Below, piece after piece: positions 1-9,021 of a DNA stretch of 64,000 nt. The position numbers and the translations under genes were made by a program. The stretch lies in the NCBI GenBank assembly GCA_035546095.1, contig DASZXB010000037.1, forward strand, positions 3,598 through 67,597. The letters run 5' to 3'. This stretch comes from Verrucomicrobiia bacterium (GTDB taxonomy: Bacteria > Verrucomicrobiota > Verrucomicrobiia > Limisphaerales > UBA11358). Within the stretch, counting starts at the first letter, position 1; every line of letters starts with the position of its first letter. Below the pieces are notes generated by a model. It was not told the DNA's origin. It did not search any database and worked only from the letters and a program-made list of their open reading frames with translations.

Positions 1-154
1 AATTTATTGAGGCAGACCGTGACATGATTGAAACCGCTGCAGAAGCGGTGCGAGCTTTCGCATGGTGCGCGCTGGTTGGAATCGGGTTACAAATTGCTGC
101 CATATTTCACATCAAAAAGAGATGGAAGAAAATGCCTCCCGACAATTGACCGGA

Positions 155-619
155 TTACAAAAATTCCCATCGCTCAAACATCGCCGCCTGACCGCACAAT
201 TGATTGTCCGTGCTCAACAAATTCCAGACGATGGCGTTGCGGATGCGAAAACGTTTCCCGCTTTGGGAAATCCGAACGCCGGAATAATTTTCAATGAAAC
301 CATCGCGCGCAACTGTTTCCAAAAATCGCGCGCGTTCCGCGCGTTCGGGCACTTCGGCAGTCAGGCGCGACGGCGTGCGCGTGAATTCGTCCCACGACAT
401 TTCCCACAATTTGAGCGCGGCGCGATTGCCGTAATTCAAAACCGGGTCGGTCTCCGTGCCGTGTGAAACGAGAACGAACGGCGCCTCAAAAACATTGCGC
501 GCCAATCCCGCCGGATTGAACAGGCCGGGCAGCAAATCGCGTCCCGTCCATTTGCGGAAACTGCGCGCCAGCATTTGCGTGTGTGCGATGATGGCGTCGC
601 TTTGCCAGATTTCGTTCAC
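155..619 (-). CDS. MEKHLA domain-containing protein (PAS-like)
   Basis: The C-terminal ~140 aa of ORF 155..904 (LARSFRKWTGRDLL...VLNYGNRAALKLWEMSWDEF...FIENYSGVRISQSGKRFRIRNAIVWNL) fit the MEKHLA pattern. The upstream part of the ORF collides with the divergent gene starting at 720, so the start is set at in-frame GTG 619; ATG 574 is also possible. Confidence 0.7.
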   Translation of the reverse strand: MNEIWQSDAIIAHTQMLARSFRKWTGRDLLPGLFNPAGLARNVFEAPFVLVSHGTETDPVLNYGNRAALKLWEMSWDEFTRTPSRLTAEVPERAERARFLETVARDGFIENYSGVRISQSGKRFRIRNAIVWNLLSTDNQLCGQAAMFERWEFL

Positions 620-719
620 CGGACGATTGTGAATTTTCCACCGGCGGCGGGCAATGCGTTTTACAAATTGGCGAAGGCAATTTTTTGGTATAGGCTGCCA
701 TCGAACTTGGAAACGGAAC

Positions 720-1607
720 ATGGCCAAAAAAATTGAGATTCCCGAAAACCTCAAGGCGGATTTGCCGCCGACAAAATGGGGCAAAATCCTCGCCGCCACG
801 CCGGTCGTGATGGCGGTCGTCGCTACGATGCTCGCCGGCCTCGCGTCGAGCGAAATGACGAAGGCGCAATACGACCGCTCGCTCGGCGCGCAATTGCAAT
901 CCAAGGCCGGCGACCAGTGGAGTTATTATCAGGCGAAAAAATTGCGCGGCGCGGAAGCGCGCAACACGCTCGATTTGCTGGCAGCCGCTGCGGAATTCCA
1001 GCCGCTCGACGCATCCGTTTTGACCGACGCCGACGCCGCGACCATCACCGCGTTCACTCAAGGCGAATTGCCCAAAGTTGTTTCGGCAAAATTCGGCGAT
1101 AATGTGCAAACCGCGCTGGACGCGCTGGAAAATTCCGCGCCGGAACCGGAAATCGCCGCGAAGCTCGCCAATGTGAAAGACGCGGAACTGACCACCGCCT
1201 TGAACGATGCGAAGCAGGCCGCGATTGATTTCGACAACGCAACGAAGTCCATCAACAAAAATTCCGACAAGTTCGATGATGCGCTGATGCGCGGCGACAA
1301 GGATACATTTCGCGCTTTCAGCGCGGCGCGGTTGCGTTACACGGCGGCGCGTTATGATGCGGAATCCAAATTGAACGCGACCACCGCCGGTCTTTATGAA
1401 TTGCAAGTCCGCAAAAGCAATCTGTCCGCGGAAAAACATCATCGCCGCAGTCAGGAATTTTTTTACGGAATGCTCGCAGCGCAAATGGCGGTGATTATTT
1501 CCACGTTTGCGATTGCGGCGCGCAAACGGAATTTCCTGTGGTCGGTCGCGGCGGCGGCGGGATTGGCGGCGATTGCGTTTTCCGTCTACGTTTATCTGCG
1601 CGTTTAA
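720..1607 (+). CDS. DUF4337-like membrane protein
   Basis: Internal ATG at 720 (MAKKIEIPENLK). It has an N-terminal TM (ILAATPVVMAVVATMLAGLASS) followed by GDQWSYYQAKKLRG, a long helical region and a C-terminal TM pair (FFYGMLAAQMAVIISTFAIAA...). This layout is typical of DUF4337. Confidence 0.65.
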   Translation: MAKKIEIPENLKADLPPTKWGKILAATPVVMAVVATMLAGLASSEMTKAQYDRSLGAQLQSKAGDQWSYYQAKKLRGAEARNTLDLLAAAAEFQPLDASVLTDADAATITAFTQGELPKVVSAKFGDNVQTALDALENSAPEPEIAAKLANVKDAELTTALNDAKQAAIDFDNATKSINKNSDKFDDALMRGDKDTFRAFSAARLRYTAARYDAESKLNATTAGLYELQVRKSNLSAEKHHRRSQEFFYGMLAAQMAVIISTFAIAARKRNFLWSVAAAAGLAAIAFSVYVYLRV

Positions 1608-2884
1608 GCGACCCGCGAGGTCAGCCGGAATTTTCCCGAAGGCGCGGGCACTAGAACGTCTGCCTTTTCGATTTTGATTTCGTTGCGCGATTGCAACAAT
1701 AATTCCAAAAGCCGGCGCAAGTCGTTCAATTCACTTTCCGTTGGCGCGTTTGTTTCAGGCACAAAGCGCAAAACGCAGTCGCCATTTTCATTTTGCCGCA
1801 AGCCGTAATGCGCGATGCCATTTGTCTCCGCAAAACATTGGTCAATCTGCCAAACCGTTACACGCGAACCGTTACCGGCCAGCAGTGAATCACGCGCGCG
1901 CCCGTGAACGATGAAATGATTGCCATAAGGCTGCGTGACTTTTTCCGCCAAATCGCCGATGCGATAGCGCAACAGCGGCATGAAATCGTTGCTCAACGTC
2001 GTCACGACCAAATCGCCGATGCCGGAATCGTCCGCGTCCACAATTTCGAGAAATGCCGTGTCGTAACTGGGTTTCATTTCGCCGCGCTCGTTTTCCATCA
2101 GCAAATGGCCGGTTTCGGTCGAGCCGTAAAGATTGAACACCGGCACGCCGAAAACGCGCGCCAGAATTTTTTTATGGACGACGCTGACAAATTCGTAGCT
2201 GCACAAAATGAATTTCAGCGACGGAAATTGGATGCCGCGTTGTTCGCAGTAAATGGCGAAGCGCGCACCGTGAACCGGGTCCAAATCCAGAAATTGCGGC
2301 GACCAATTTGCAATCTCTTCGGCCATGCGCGCCAATTCCGCTTCGCTGACGAGAAATGGAATCCGCTGCAAATTGACGAACAGCGTGTTGCCGACCGTTC
2401 GTTGCGCGACGGATTGCCAAACTGTCGGGCAGGTAAATCCGTTGCACGCGGGCGGCACAATCGTGGCGCGGCGCACGTTGGGAAATTCGTCGAGAATTTT
2501 TGCGACAAAGGAATTGAGCCGCAGCGCGCGTTCTTCCTGCGCGTTCCACCAGCCGCGACCGAAAATGACCGGCAATCGTTCCGCCGTCGTGCCGGAAGTG
2601 TGCTCCAATTCAATTAGGTTTTTTTCCAGCAACGCATCGAGCGATTGTTCGCCGGAAAGAAAATTGCGCGGGAAACCGTTTTGGATTTCACGTTTGGCCA
2701 GCGGCGGCAGGCGTTTGAAACATTCCAGATTTTGCCGCCGGCAGCGGCCAAGTGAATTGCGATAGAGCGGCACATCGCGCCAACGCGGCAGGAGTTCTTC
2801 CAATTGCGCGAGTTGACTCGTTTCACGGATGAGTTCCGGCGTCGCAAGCATGGACGCAATATACACGAAATTGCGGCGAAGCAA
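1604..2884 (-). CDS. phenylacetate--CoA ligase family adenylate-forming enzyme (PaaK/CapK/F390-synthetase-like)
   Basis: 426 aa with a TSGTTAERLPV (AMP-binding P-loop-like) motif, YGSTETG and a C-terminal SGKFRL lysine motif. ATG 2851 is an alternative start. Confidence 0.8.
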   Translation of the reverse strand: MLRRNFVYIASMLATPELIRETSQLAQLEELLPRWRDVPLYRNSLGRCRRQNLECFKRLPPLAKREIQNGFPRNFLSGEQSLDALLEKNLIELEHTSGTTAERLPVIFGRGWWNAQEERALRLNSFVAKILDEFPNVRRATIVPPACNGFTCPTVWQSVAQRTVGNTLFVNLQRIPFLVSEAELARMAEEIANWSPQFLDLDPVHGARFAIYCEQRGIQFPSLKFILCSYEFVSVVHKKILARVFGVPVFNLYGSTETGHLLMENERGEMKPSYDTAFLEIVDADDSGIGDLVVTTLSNDFMPLLRYRIGDLAEKVTQPYGNHFIVHGRARDSLLAGNGSRVTVWQIDQCFAETNGIAHYGLRQNENGDCVLRFVPETNAPTESELNDLRRLLELLLQSRNEIKIEKADVLVPAPSGKFRLTSRVA

Positions 2885-2900
2885 AATCGCGCGGCGAAAA

Positions 2901-3629
2901 TTATTTCACCGCGATTGGACGAATCTTGATGTTGCGAAATTCCACGCTGCCGTGATCGCCTTGCAGTCCAATGTAACCAATATCAGATTTGGCAAAAAAC
3001 GGCATTTTGCCGAATTTGCTGGCGGCGATGCGCGCGTTGAAATCGTCGCTGTGCAAAACGTATTCAAAGTATTTCACGCCGTTGATTTCGTGGACGCATT
3101 TTTCGGGCGTGATGAGGATGCGGACATGATTCCATTCGCCGACCGGCTTGGTGGCGTCGAGAATTTTTCCCGTGGCGGGGTCAATCGGCGGCTGATAAAG
3201 CGCGTAAAGCCAGCCGCAACGTTGCGGGTCGGCGGCTTTTTGATTGTCTTCCAGTTGAAATTCCGGGCCGGTTGCCCAAATCGCGTTGCCCGCGTCGGTG
3301 ACATGATACATGATGCCGCTGTTGCCCGCCTCGGAAATATTGTAATCCAATTGCAATTCAAACCAACTGAACTGATTTGACGTGACGATGTCGCCCGCAT
3401 TGTGCGGATCGGCACAAACCAATGCGCCGTCCTTCACCTGCCAGCCGGAACGGACGCCGTCTTTTTTGAAATTGTGCCAGCCGGAAAAATCTTTGCCGTT
3501 GAACAAAAGTTGCCAGCCTTCAGCTTGCTCTTGCGGCGTCAATGTATTGATGGGCGCATCGTCAGCGAATGTCGGGAGCGCGATGGCCAGTGCTAATGCC
3601 TGAAAAACGAATGCGAATTGTTTGATCAT
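2901..3629 (-). CDS. DUF1080 (3-keto-disaccharide hydrolase) domain protein, secreted
   Basis: Signal peptide MIKQFAFVFQALALAIALPTFA, then GWQLLFNGKDFSGWHNFKK...WQVKDGALV...GDIVTSNQFSWFELQLDY...NSGIMYH...IGLQGDHGSVEFRNIKIRP, the classic DUF1080 pattern. Confidence 0.8.
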   Translation of the reverse strand: MIKQFAFVFQALALAIALPTFADDAPINTLTPQEQAEGWQLLFNGKDFSGWHNFKKDGVRSGWQVKDGALVCADPHNAGDIVTSNQFSWFELQLDYNISEAGNSGIMYHVTDAGNAIWATGPEFQLEDNQKAADPQRCGWLYALYQPPIDPATGKILDATKPVGEWNHVRILITPEKCVHEINGVKYFEYVLHSDDFNARIAASKFGKMPFFAKSDIGYIGLQGDHGSVEFRNIKIRPIAVK

Positions 3630-3673
3630 GAAAAATAAATACAAGCGAACGGGCTTAAAGCCAATGCAAAATT

Positions 3674-4933
3674 CTATGCCGATTTCGCACCTTTGCAGAT
3701 ATTGCGATAAAATTCGCCGACGCGCGTCATTTTGCGCGGCAGATTTTCATCGGCAAAATCCACGGAAAACAAACCGAATTTTTTGGTGTAACCGAATTGC
3801 CATTCAAAATTGTCGAGCAACGACCAGTAAAAAAACCCGCGCACATCCACGCCGGCGTTCATCGCATCGCTCAATTCATGCAAATGAAGTTTGAGATCGC
3901 CGATGCGAAAATCTTCGTCCGTCGAAGCCGCGCCGTGTTCGGTGATGTAAACCGGCAAGTTGTATTTGCGATAAAACTTTTTCAGCAATTTGCCAAATCC
4001 GGCCGGATGTCGCTCGAACATATCATCGCTGACAATGCCAAGCTGTTTCAATTTCTCGTGCGAAACGCCATTTGTCGGCACCAGCGCTTGAAAATGTTTC
4101 AGCCGCGCACGGCCATAATAATTCACGCCCAGAAATGTGGACGCTTCGCGTCGCGGGCCGCCCAAAAATTCGTTCAACACAAAACGATTGAAAGCGTGAT
4201 GTGAAATTTCCGCGAGTAAATGGTCCCAAAACGCATAGATTTGAAATGCGCCAAACGTCGTCCAATTTTTCGCGATGCCGATTTCGGGCAATTTCCCATT
4301 GGTATATTGCTGCCGGATCATTTCACTCGCGCGCATGTGGGCCTGCGCCATGTGCTGAATCACTTTGCGATACTTTAGAAATTTCCATTTTTCAAACGGC
4401 GGAAATCCGCCGAGCAGATACGTCAACGACGCGTAAGTGTCCGGCTCGTTGAACGTGTTCCAGATATGAACGCGATCTTTCAAGGCCGAAACCAGTTTCG
4501 TCGCGTAATCCACAAACATAGAAATCGTTTTTGGATTCAGCCAGCCGCCATTTTTTGTGATCCACAACGGATTGGAAAAGTGATGCAACACGACCATCGG
4601 CGTGATGTTCGCCGTTTTGAGCAAATCGAGCAGATGAACGTAGCGCGCCAATTCAGTTTGATTGAGCGGCGCAAATGGTTTGTCCTGCAGCCGCGACCAT
4701 TCGATGCCCATGCGATAGGCGTTCACGCCCAAACCGGCCATCAATTCCACGTCCTTTGCGTAAAAATGATAATGATTGCATGCGATGCGGCAATGTCCAC
4801 CATCTGACGCGACGTAATCCGTCCATTCATTGACGACATGACCTTCCACCTGCGTCGGCGAGGTCGCCGTGCCCCATAAAAAATTTTTTGGAAACTTAAA
4901 ATCCCCGGACATTTTCGCGGACAATATATTCAA
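3674..4933 (-). CDS. glycoside hydrolase family 1 beta-glucosidase
   Basis: FPKNFLWGTATSPTQVEG at the N-terminus, a TFNEP acid/base motif and an ITEHG nucleophile motif. ATG 4912 is an alternative start. Confidence 0.9.
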   Translation of the reverse strand: MNILSAKMSGDFKFPKNFLWGTATSPTQVEGHVVNEWTDYVASDGGHCRIACNHYHFYAKDVELMAGLGVNAYRMGIEWSRLQDKPFAPLNQTELARYVHLLDLLKTANITPMVVLHHFSNPLWITKNGGWLNPKTISMFVDYATKLVSALKDRVHIWNTFNEPDTYASLTYLLGGFPPFEKWKFLKYRKVIQHMAQAHMRASEMIRQQYTNGKLPEIGIAKNWTTFGAFQIYAFWDHLLAEISHHAFNRFVLNEFLGGPRREASTFLGVNYYGRARLKHFQALVPTNGVSHEKLKQLGIVSDDMFERHPAGFGKLLKKFYRKYNLPVYITEHGAASTDEDFRIGDLKLHLHELSDAMNAGVDVRGFFYWSLLDNFEWQFGYTKKFGLFSVDFADENLPRKMTRVGEFYRNICKGAKSA

Positions 4934-4961
4934 CCATAAATCAAACGACAGAATTCAATTG

Positions 4962-6206
4962 TTAAAATTTTGGCCTGACACTTTCCGCCATCGTACGCCC
5001 GGCGAGCCAGCCGGTCGTCCACGCCGCCTGAAAATTGAATCCGCCGGTAATGCCGTCAACATCCAGCACTTCGCCCGCGAAAAACAATCCCGGACAAATC
5101 CTGCTTTCCATCGTTTTGAAATTCACTTCGCGCAATTTAACACCGCCGCACGTCACAAATTCGTCTTTGTTCAAACTTTTGCCCGTCACCGAAAATTCTG
5201 TGTGCAACAATCGTTGAACCAATTGATGTTGAGCGGAACGCGAGAAATCCGCCCAACGCGCATCGGTCGCAACGCCGGACGCCAGCGCCAATTGTTCCCA
5301 CAATCGCGCCGACAGCGGTGCGATGGGTGAATTGACAATTTGTTTCGCCGGTTGCGATTTTCGGCGCGCCTGAAATTCTGCCGCCAATTTTTCCTCGTTC
5401 CAATCCGGCAGCCAATTGATTTGCAGCGTGAAATGATAATCTTTTTCGTGTAAAATCCGCGCGCCCCAGGCTGACAATCGTAAAATCACCGGTCCGCTTA
5501 ATCCCCAATGTGTGACCAGCAACGCGCCGCACTCTCGAAGCTTGGTTTGCAGAACAGACACGACCACATTTTCAACCGAAATTCCAGCGAGTTGCCGCAA
5601 CCATGGCGTCTCAATATGAAATGTAAATAGCGACGGCACGGGCGGCTCCAAAGTGTGGCCGAGCGAAACCGCCAGTTGTCCCAGCGCAGGCGTGCGGCAA
5701 CCGCCGGTCGCCAAAAGCAATTTGTCGCACAATAATTTTTCGCCATTGGAAAGTATCAATTCAAATTCACCGGCAGATTTTTTGAGGACACTTTCCACGC
5801 CGCAATTCGGTTTCAATTTCACTCCAGCGTCCCGCACGGCATTGAACAAACAATCCACAATTGTTTGTGATGAATCGGTGACCGGAAACATCCGGCCATC
5901 ATTTTCAGTTTTCAGTCTCACGCCGCGAGCCGCAAACCACGCCACGGTGTCACTCGCCTGAAATTGTTGGAATGGCGCGATCAATGCCCGTTCGCCACGC
6001 GGATAGCGCGTCACAAATTCCCGTTCGTTGAAACAGGCGTGCGTCACGTTGCAACGTCCGCCGCCGGAAATACGGACTTTGGAAAGAAATTGCGCGGTCT
6101 TTTCCAGAATGATGACTTCCGCAACACGATTTTTTTCGGCGCAGGCAATGGCGGCGAAAAATCCCGCCGCGCCGCCGCCGACAATCACGATGCGTTCCGA
6201 ATTCAT
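4962..6206 (-). CDS. NAD(P)/FAD-dependent oxidoreductase, HI0933/BaiN family
   Basis: Start at MNSERIVIVGGGAAGFFAAIACAE (Rossmann GxGxxG), then GGGRCNVTH and C-terminal FAGEVLDVDGITGGFNFQ. Confidence 0.85.
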   Translation of the reverse strand: MNSERIVIVGGGAAGFFAAIACAEKNRVAEVIILEKTAQFLSKVRISGGGRCNVTHACFNEREFVTRYPRGERALIAPFQQFQASDTVAWFAARGVRLKTENDGRMFPVTDSSQTIVDCLFNAVRDAGVKLKPNCGVESVLKKSAGEFELILSNGEKLLCDKLLLATGGCRTPALGQLAVSLGHTLEPPVPSLFTFHIETPWLRQLAGISVENVVVSVLQTKLRECGALLVTHWGLSGPVILRLSAWGARILHEKDYHFTLQINWLPDWNEEKLAAEFQARRKSQPAKQIVNSPIAPLSARLWEQLALASGVATDARWADFSRSAQHQLVQRLLHTEFSVTGKSLNKDEFVTCGGVKLREVNFKTMESRICPGLFFAGEVLDVDGITGGFNFQAAWTTGWLAGRTMAESVRPKF

Positions 6207-6298
6207 TGCAAAATGATACCAGAGACGCAGAGGCTTCAAACGATTTCGTGCTTTGCTTCGAGATTGAAAACTTCGGCGTTCACTTTATGATTTGATTC

Positions 6299-7429
6299 AT
6301 GCCCAAGAAAAACTTACCCACTCATTTTGTGCTGTCCTGCACAATAATTGGCCTGTTGATTCACACAAATTCTGTAACAGCTCAAACAACACGACCGAAA
6401 CCGCCCACGCGCAACCCGCACACGCCGGGATATGTCGCCGCCAAAGAATTGCCCGACGGCACTGTTCCTTCGCCTACGGAAGATGGAAATTTCATCATCG
6501 GCCCGACCCATTATCCCGCGCCGGAAATGGTGATGAACACCAACGCGCCGCAGGGGAAAATTTTTACTTTCACGATGAATTCTGCCGACAGTAAAATTTA
6601 TCCCGGCATCGCGCGCGTACCCGGCACATTTGGCACGCCCGACCCAAATGATCCCGCCAAACTGATTGTGACCACCAGTCATTCTGCGCCTTACACACGT
6701 CATGTCTCCGTTTTTGTTCCGGCGCAATATGTTCCCGGCACCATCGCACCGTTCATCATCGGCGCGGACGGGCCTGACCGCGCATTGTTCACAGCTTTGA
6801 ATAATTTGATCGCCGAGAAAAAATTGCCGGTGATAATCGGCATTTCCATCGGCAACGGCAGTGGCGACGCGCAAGGCAGCGAGCGCGGATTGGAATACGA
6901 CACGATGTCGGGTCGCTACGCGGAATTTGTCGAGAGCGAAGTGTTGCCGCTCGTGGAAAAAAATTGCGGCGTGAAACTGACCCAAGACCCCGACGGACGC
7001 GCGACGATGGGCGGCAGTTCCGGCGGATCCTGCGCGCTCATCATGGCGTGGTATCATCCCGAACTTTACCATCGCGTGCTGACGTATTCGGGAACTTATG
7101 TGAACCAACAATGGCCGCCGAACGCCGAAACACCGCACGGCGCATGGGAATTTCACGAGCATTTGATTCCCGAAAATCCGGCGAAACCCATCCGCATCTG
7201 GCTCGAAGTCGGCGACCGCGATTTGTTCAATCCAAACGTCATGCACGACAATATGCACGATTGGGTGCTGGCGAATGAAAACATGGCGCGTGTTCTCGCT
7301 GCAAAAAATTATCATTATCAATTTATCTTCGCCCGCAACGCTGGTCACGTGGACGGCAGGACAAAACAACAAACTTTGCCCGAAGCGTTGGAATGGTTGT
7401 GGAAGGATTATCAGCCGGTTACGAAATAA
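6299..7429 (+). CDS. secreted esterase-family alpha/beta hydrolase (enterochelin-esterase-like)
   Basis: Signal peptide, a GGSSGG nucleophile-elbow-like motif (ATMGGSSGGSCALIMAWYHPELY) and a C-terminal FARNAGHVD histidine. Confidence 0.7.
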   Translation: MPKKNLPTHFVLSCTIIGLLIHTNSVTAQTTRPKPPTRNPHTPGYVAAKELPDGTVPSPTEDGNFIIGPTHYPAPEMVMNTNAPQGKIFTFTMNSADSKIYPGIARVPGTFGTPDPNDPAKLIVTTSHSAPYTRHVSVFVPAQYVPGTIAPFIIGADGPDRALFTALNNLIAEKKLPVIIGISIGNGSGDAQGSERGLEYDTMSGRYAEFVESEVLPLVEKNCGVKLTQDPDGRATMGGSSGGSCALIMAWYHPELYHRVLTYSGTYVNQQWPPNAETPHGAWEFHEHLIPENPAKPIRIWLEVGDRDLFNPNVMHDNMHDWVLANENMARVLAAKNYHYQFIFARNAGHVDGRTKQQTLPEALEWLWKDYQPVTK

Positions 7430-7448
7430 TTTTCGACTTGCGAGAAAT

Positions 7449-8954
7449 TTAATTCTTCGCCCCGGTCAATTCCTCTTCAAAATCCACAATCTCTTTGATC
7501 TGCACCAAGAACCAGCGGTCAATTTTCGTAAGATTGAAAATTTCTTCGATGCTGAAACCGGCGCGTAGGGCGTGGCGGATGAAGAAAATGCGCTCGGCGT
7601 TCGGCACGGAAAGTTTTCGCGTAATCAAATCGCGCGGCAAAATGTCACGGTCGCCATAAACGTCCGCGCCGATGCGCCACGGTTTGCCGTCGCCGCCCAA
7701 TCCGCTGCGGCCAATCTCCAGCGAGCGCAGGCATTTCTGCAAACTTTCTTTGAATGTGCGGCCAATGGCCATCGCTTCGCCGACAGATTTCATCTGCGTC
7801 GTCAGCGTCGGGTCGGCCTGCGGAAATTTTTCAAACGCGAAACGCGGAATTTTGGTGACGACGTAATCAATGGTCGGCTCGAAGCTCGCGGGCGTTTCAC
7901 GCGTGATGTCGTTTTTGATTTCGTCGAGCAAATAACCGACGGCGAGTTTCGCGGCGATTTTGGCAATCGGAAAACCCGTTGCTTTTGAAGCCAAAGCGGA
8001 ACTGCGCGAGACGCGCGGGTTCATTTCGATGATGACCATGCGGCCATTGTCGGGATTGACGCCGAATTGGATGTTCGAGCCGCCGGTTTCCACGCCGACG
8101 GCGCGAATCACGGCGAAACTTTGGTCGCGCATGATTTGGTATTCTTTGTCGGTGAGCGTTTGAATCGGCGCGACGGTGATGCTGTCGCCGGTGTGGACGC
8201 CCATCGGGTCGAAATTTTCGATGCTGCAAATGATGACACAGTTGTCGGCACGGTCGCGCATCACTTCCATTTCGTATTCCTTCCAGCCGAGCAACGATTC
8301 TTCAATGAGAATTTCGTTCACGGGCGAAAGGTCAATGCCGTTTTTGGCGATGGCTTCAAATTCTTCCTGATTGTAACCGATGCCGCCGCCGGTGCCGCCG
8401 AGCGTGAACGCGGGGCGAATGATGAGCGGAAAGCGGCCAATTTTTTTGGCGACCTCGCGCGCTTCGTCCAAATTGTGCGCGACGCCGGAAATCGGAACGT
8501 CAAGGCCGATGCTCAACATCAAATCTTTGAACGCGAGCCGGTCTTCACCTTTGTGAATGGCTTCGGGTTTCGCGCCAATCATTTCGACGCCGTGCCGTTC
8601 GAGCGCGCCGTTTTTGTACAATGCCATCGCCGTGTTCAAAGCGGTTTGACCGCCGAGCGTGGGCAACAAAACCAATTTTCCTTTCGCGCCATTTTTTTTG
8701 ATTTCTGCAACTTCGCGTGCGATGATTTTTTCCACGGCTTCGGGCGTGATCGGCTCAATGTAAGTGCGGTCGGCGAATTCCGGGTCGGTCATAATCGTGG
8801 CCGGATTGGAATTGACGAGGACGACGCGGTAGCCTTCTTCCTTGAGAGCTTTGCAGGCTTGCGTGCCGGAATAATCAAATTCGCAGGCTTGACCAATGAT
8901 GATTGGGCCTGCGCCGATGATGAGGACGCTATGGATGTCGGTGCGCTTGGGCAT
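7449..8954 (-). CDS. carB: carbamoyl-phosphate synthase large subunit, N-terminal half only
   Basis: [62 protein letters not shown] plus ATP-grasp motifs. The ORF stops after [18 protein letters not shown], inside the region that is the oligomerisation domain in full-length (~1070 aa) CarB. The next gene downstream is convergent. Confidence 0.85.
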   Translation of the reverse strand: MPKRTDIHSVLIIGAGPIIIGQACEFDYSGTQACKALKEEGYRVVLVNSNPATIMTDPEFADRTYIEPITPEAVEKIIAREVAEIKKNGAKGKLVLLPTLGGQTALNTAMALYKNGALERHGVEMIGAKPEAIHKGEDRLAFKDLMLSIGLDVPISGVAHNLDEAREVAKKIGRFPLIIRPAFTLGGTGGGIGYNQEEFEAIAKNGIDLSPVNEILIEESLLGWKEYEMEVMRDRADNCVIICSIENFDPMGVHTGDSITVAPIQTLTDKEYQIMRDQSFAVIRAVGVETGGSNIQFGVNPDNGRMVIIEMNPRVSRSSALASKATGFPIAKIAAKLAVGYLLDEIKNDITRETPASFEPTIDYVVTKIPRFAFEKFPQADPTLTTQMKSVGEAMAIGRTFKESLQKCLRSLEIGRSGLGGDGKPWRIGADVYGDRDILPRDLITRKLSVPNAERIFFIRHALRAGFSIEEIFNLTKIDRWFLVQIKEIVDFEEELTGAKN

Positions 8955-8968
8955 GGCAAATTAAACAG

Positions 8969-9021
8969 CCACAGATGAAACACGGATTGAGCGCGGATTA
9001 AAAGTCAAATCCATCGCTCAA
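8969..9021. repeat. CACRGAT-unit palindromic element (short copy)
   Basis: CCACAGATGAAACACGGATTGAGCGCGGATT ... AAATCCATCGCTCAA. It has phased CRCNGAT units and a TTGAGCGCGGATT/AATCCATCGCTCAA hairpin. It lies 15 nt upstream of the carB ATG and overlaps the ClC stop codon. Confidence 0.5.

Noticed and set aside
3-149. Open frame running in from the left edge (…AFAWCALVGIGLQIAAIFHIKKRWKKMPPDN*), possibly the 3' end of a + strand gene.
   Set aside because: Only 48 codons are visible, no motif is recognisable, and it is not in the ORF track. There is too little evidence to call it a feature.
486-1484. 332 aa ORF antisense to the DUF4337-like gene.
   Set aside because: It is Arg/Gly/Phe-rich low-complexity sequence typical of a shadow frame in GC-rich DNA. 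The opposite strand has a coherent TM and coiled-coil protein.
6314-7372. 352 aa ORF antisense to the esterase gene.
   Set aside because: It has no recognisable motifs and a skewed Arg-rich composition, while the + strand ORF has a signal peptide and hydrolase motifs.
8067-8978. 303 aa ORF antisense to carB.
   Set aside because: carB identity on the minus strand is unambiguous, so this is a shadow ORF.
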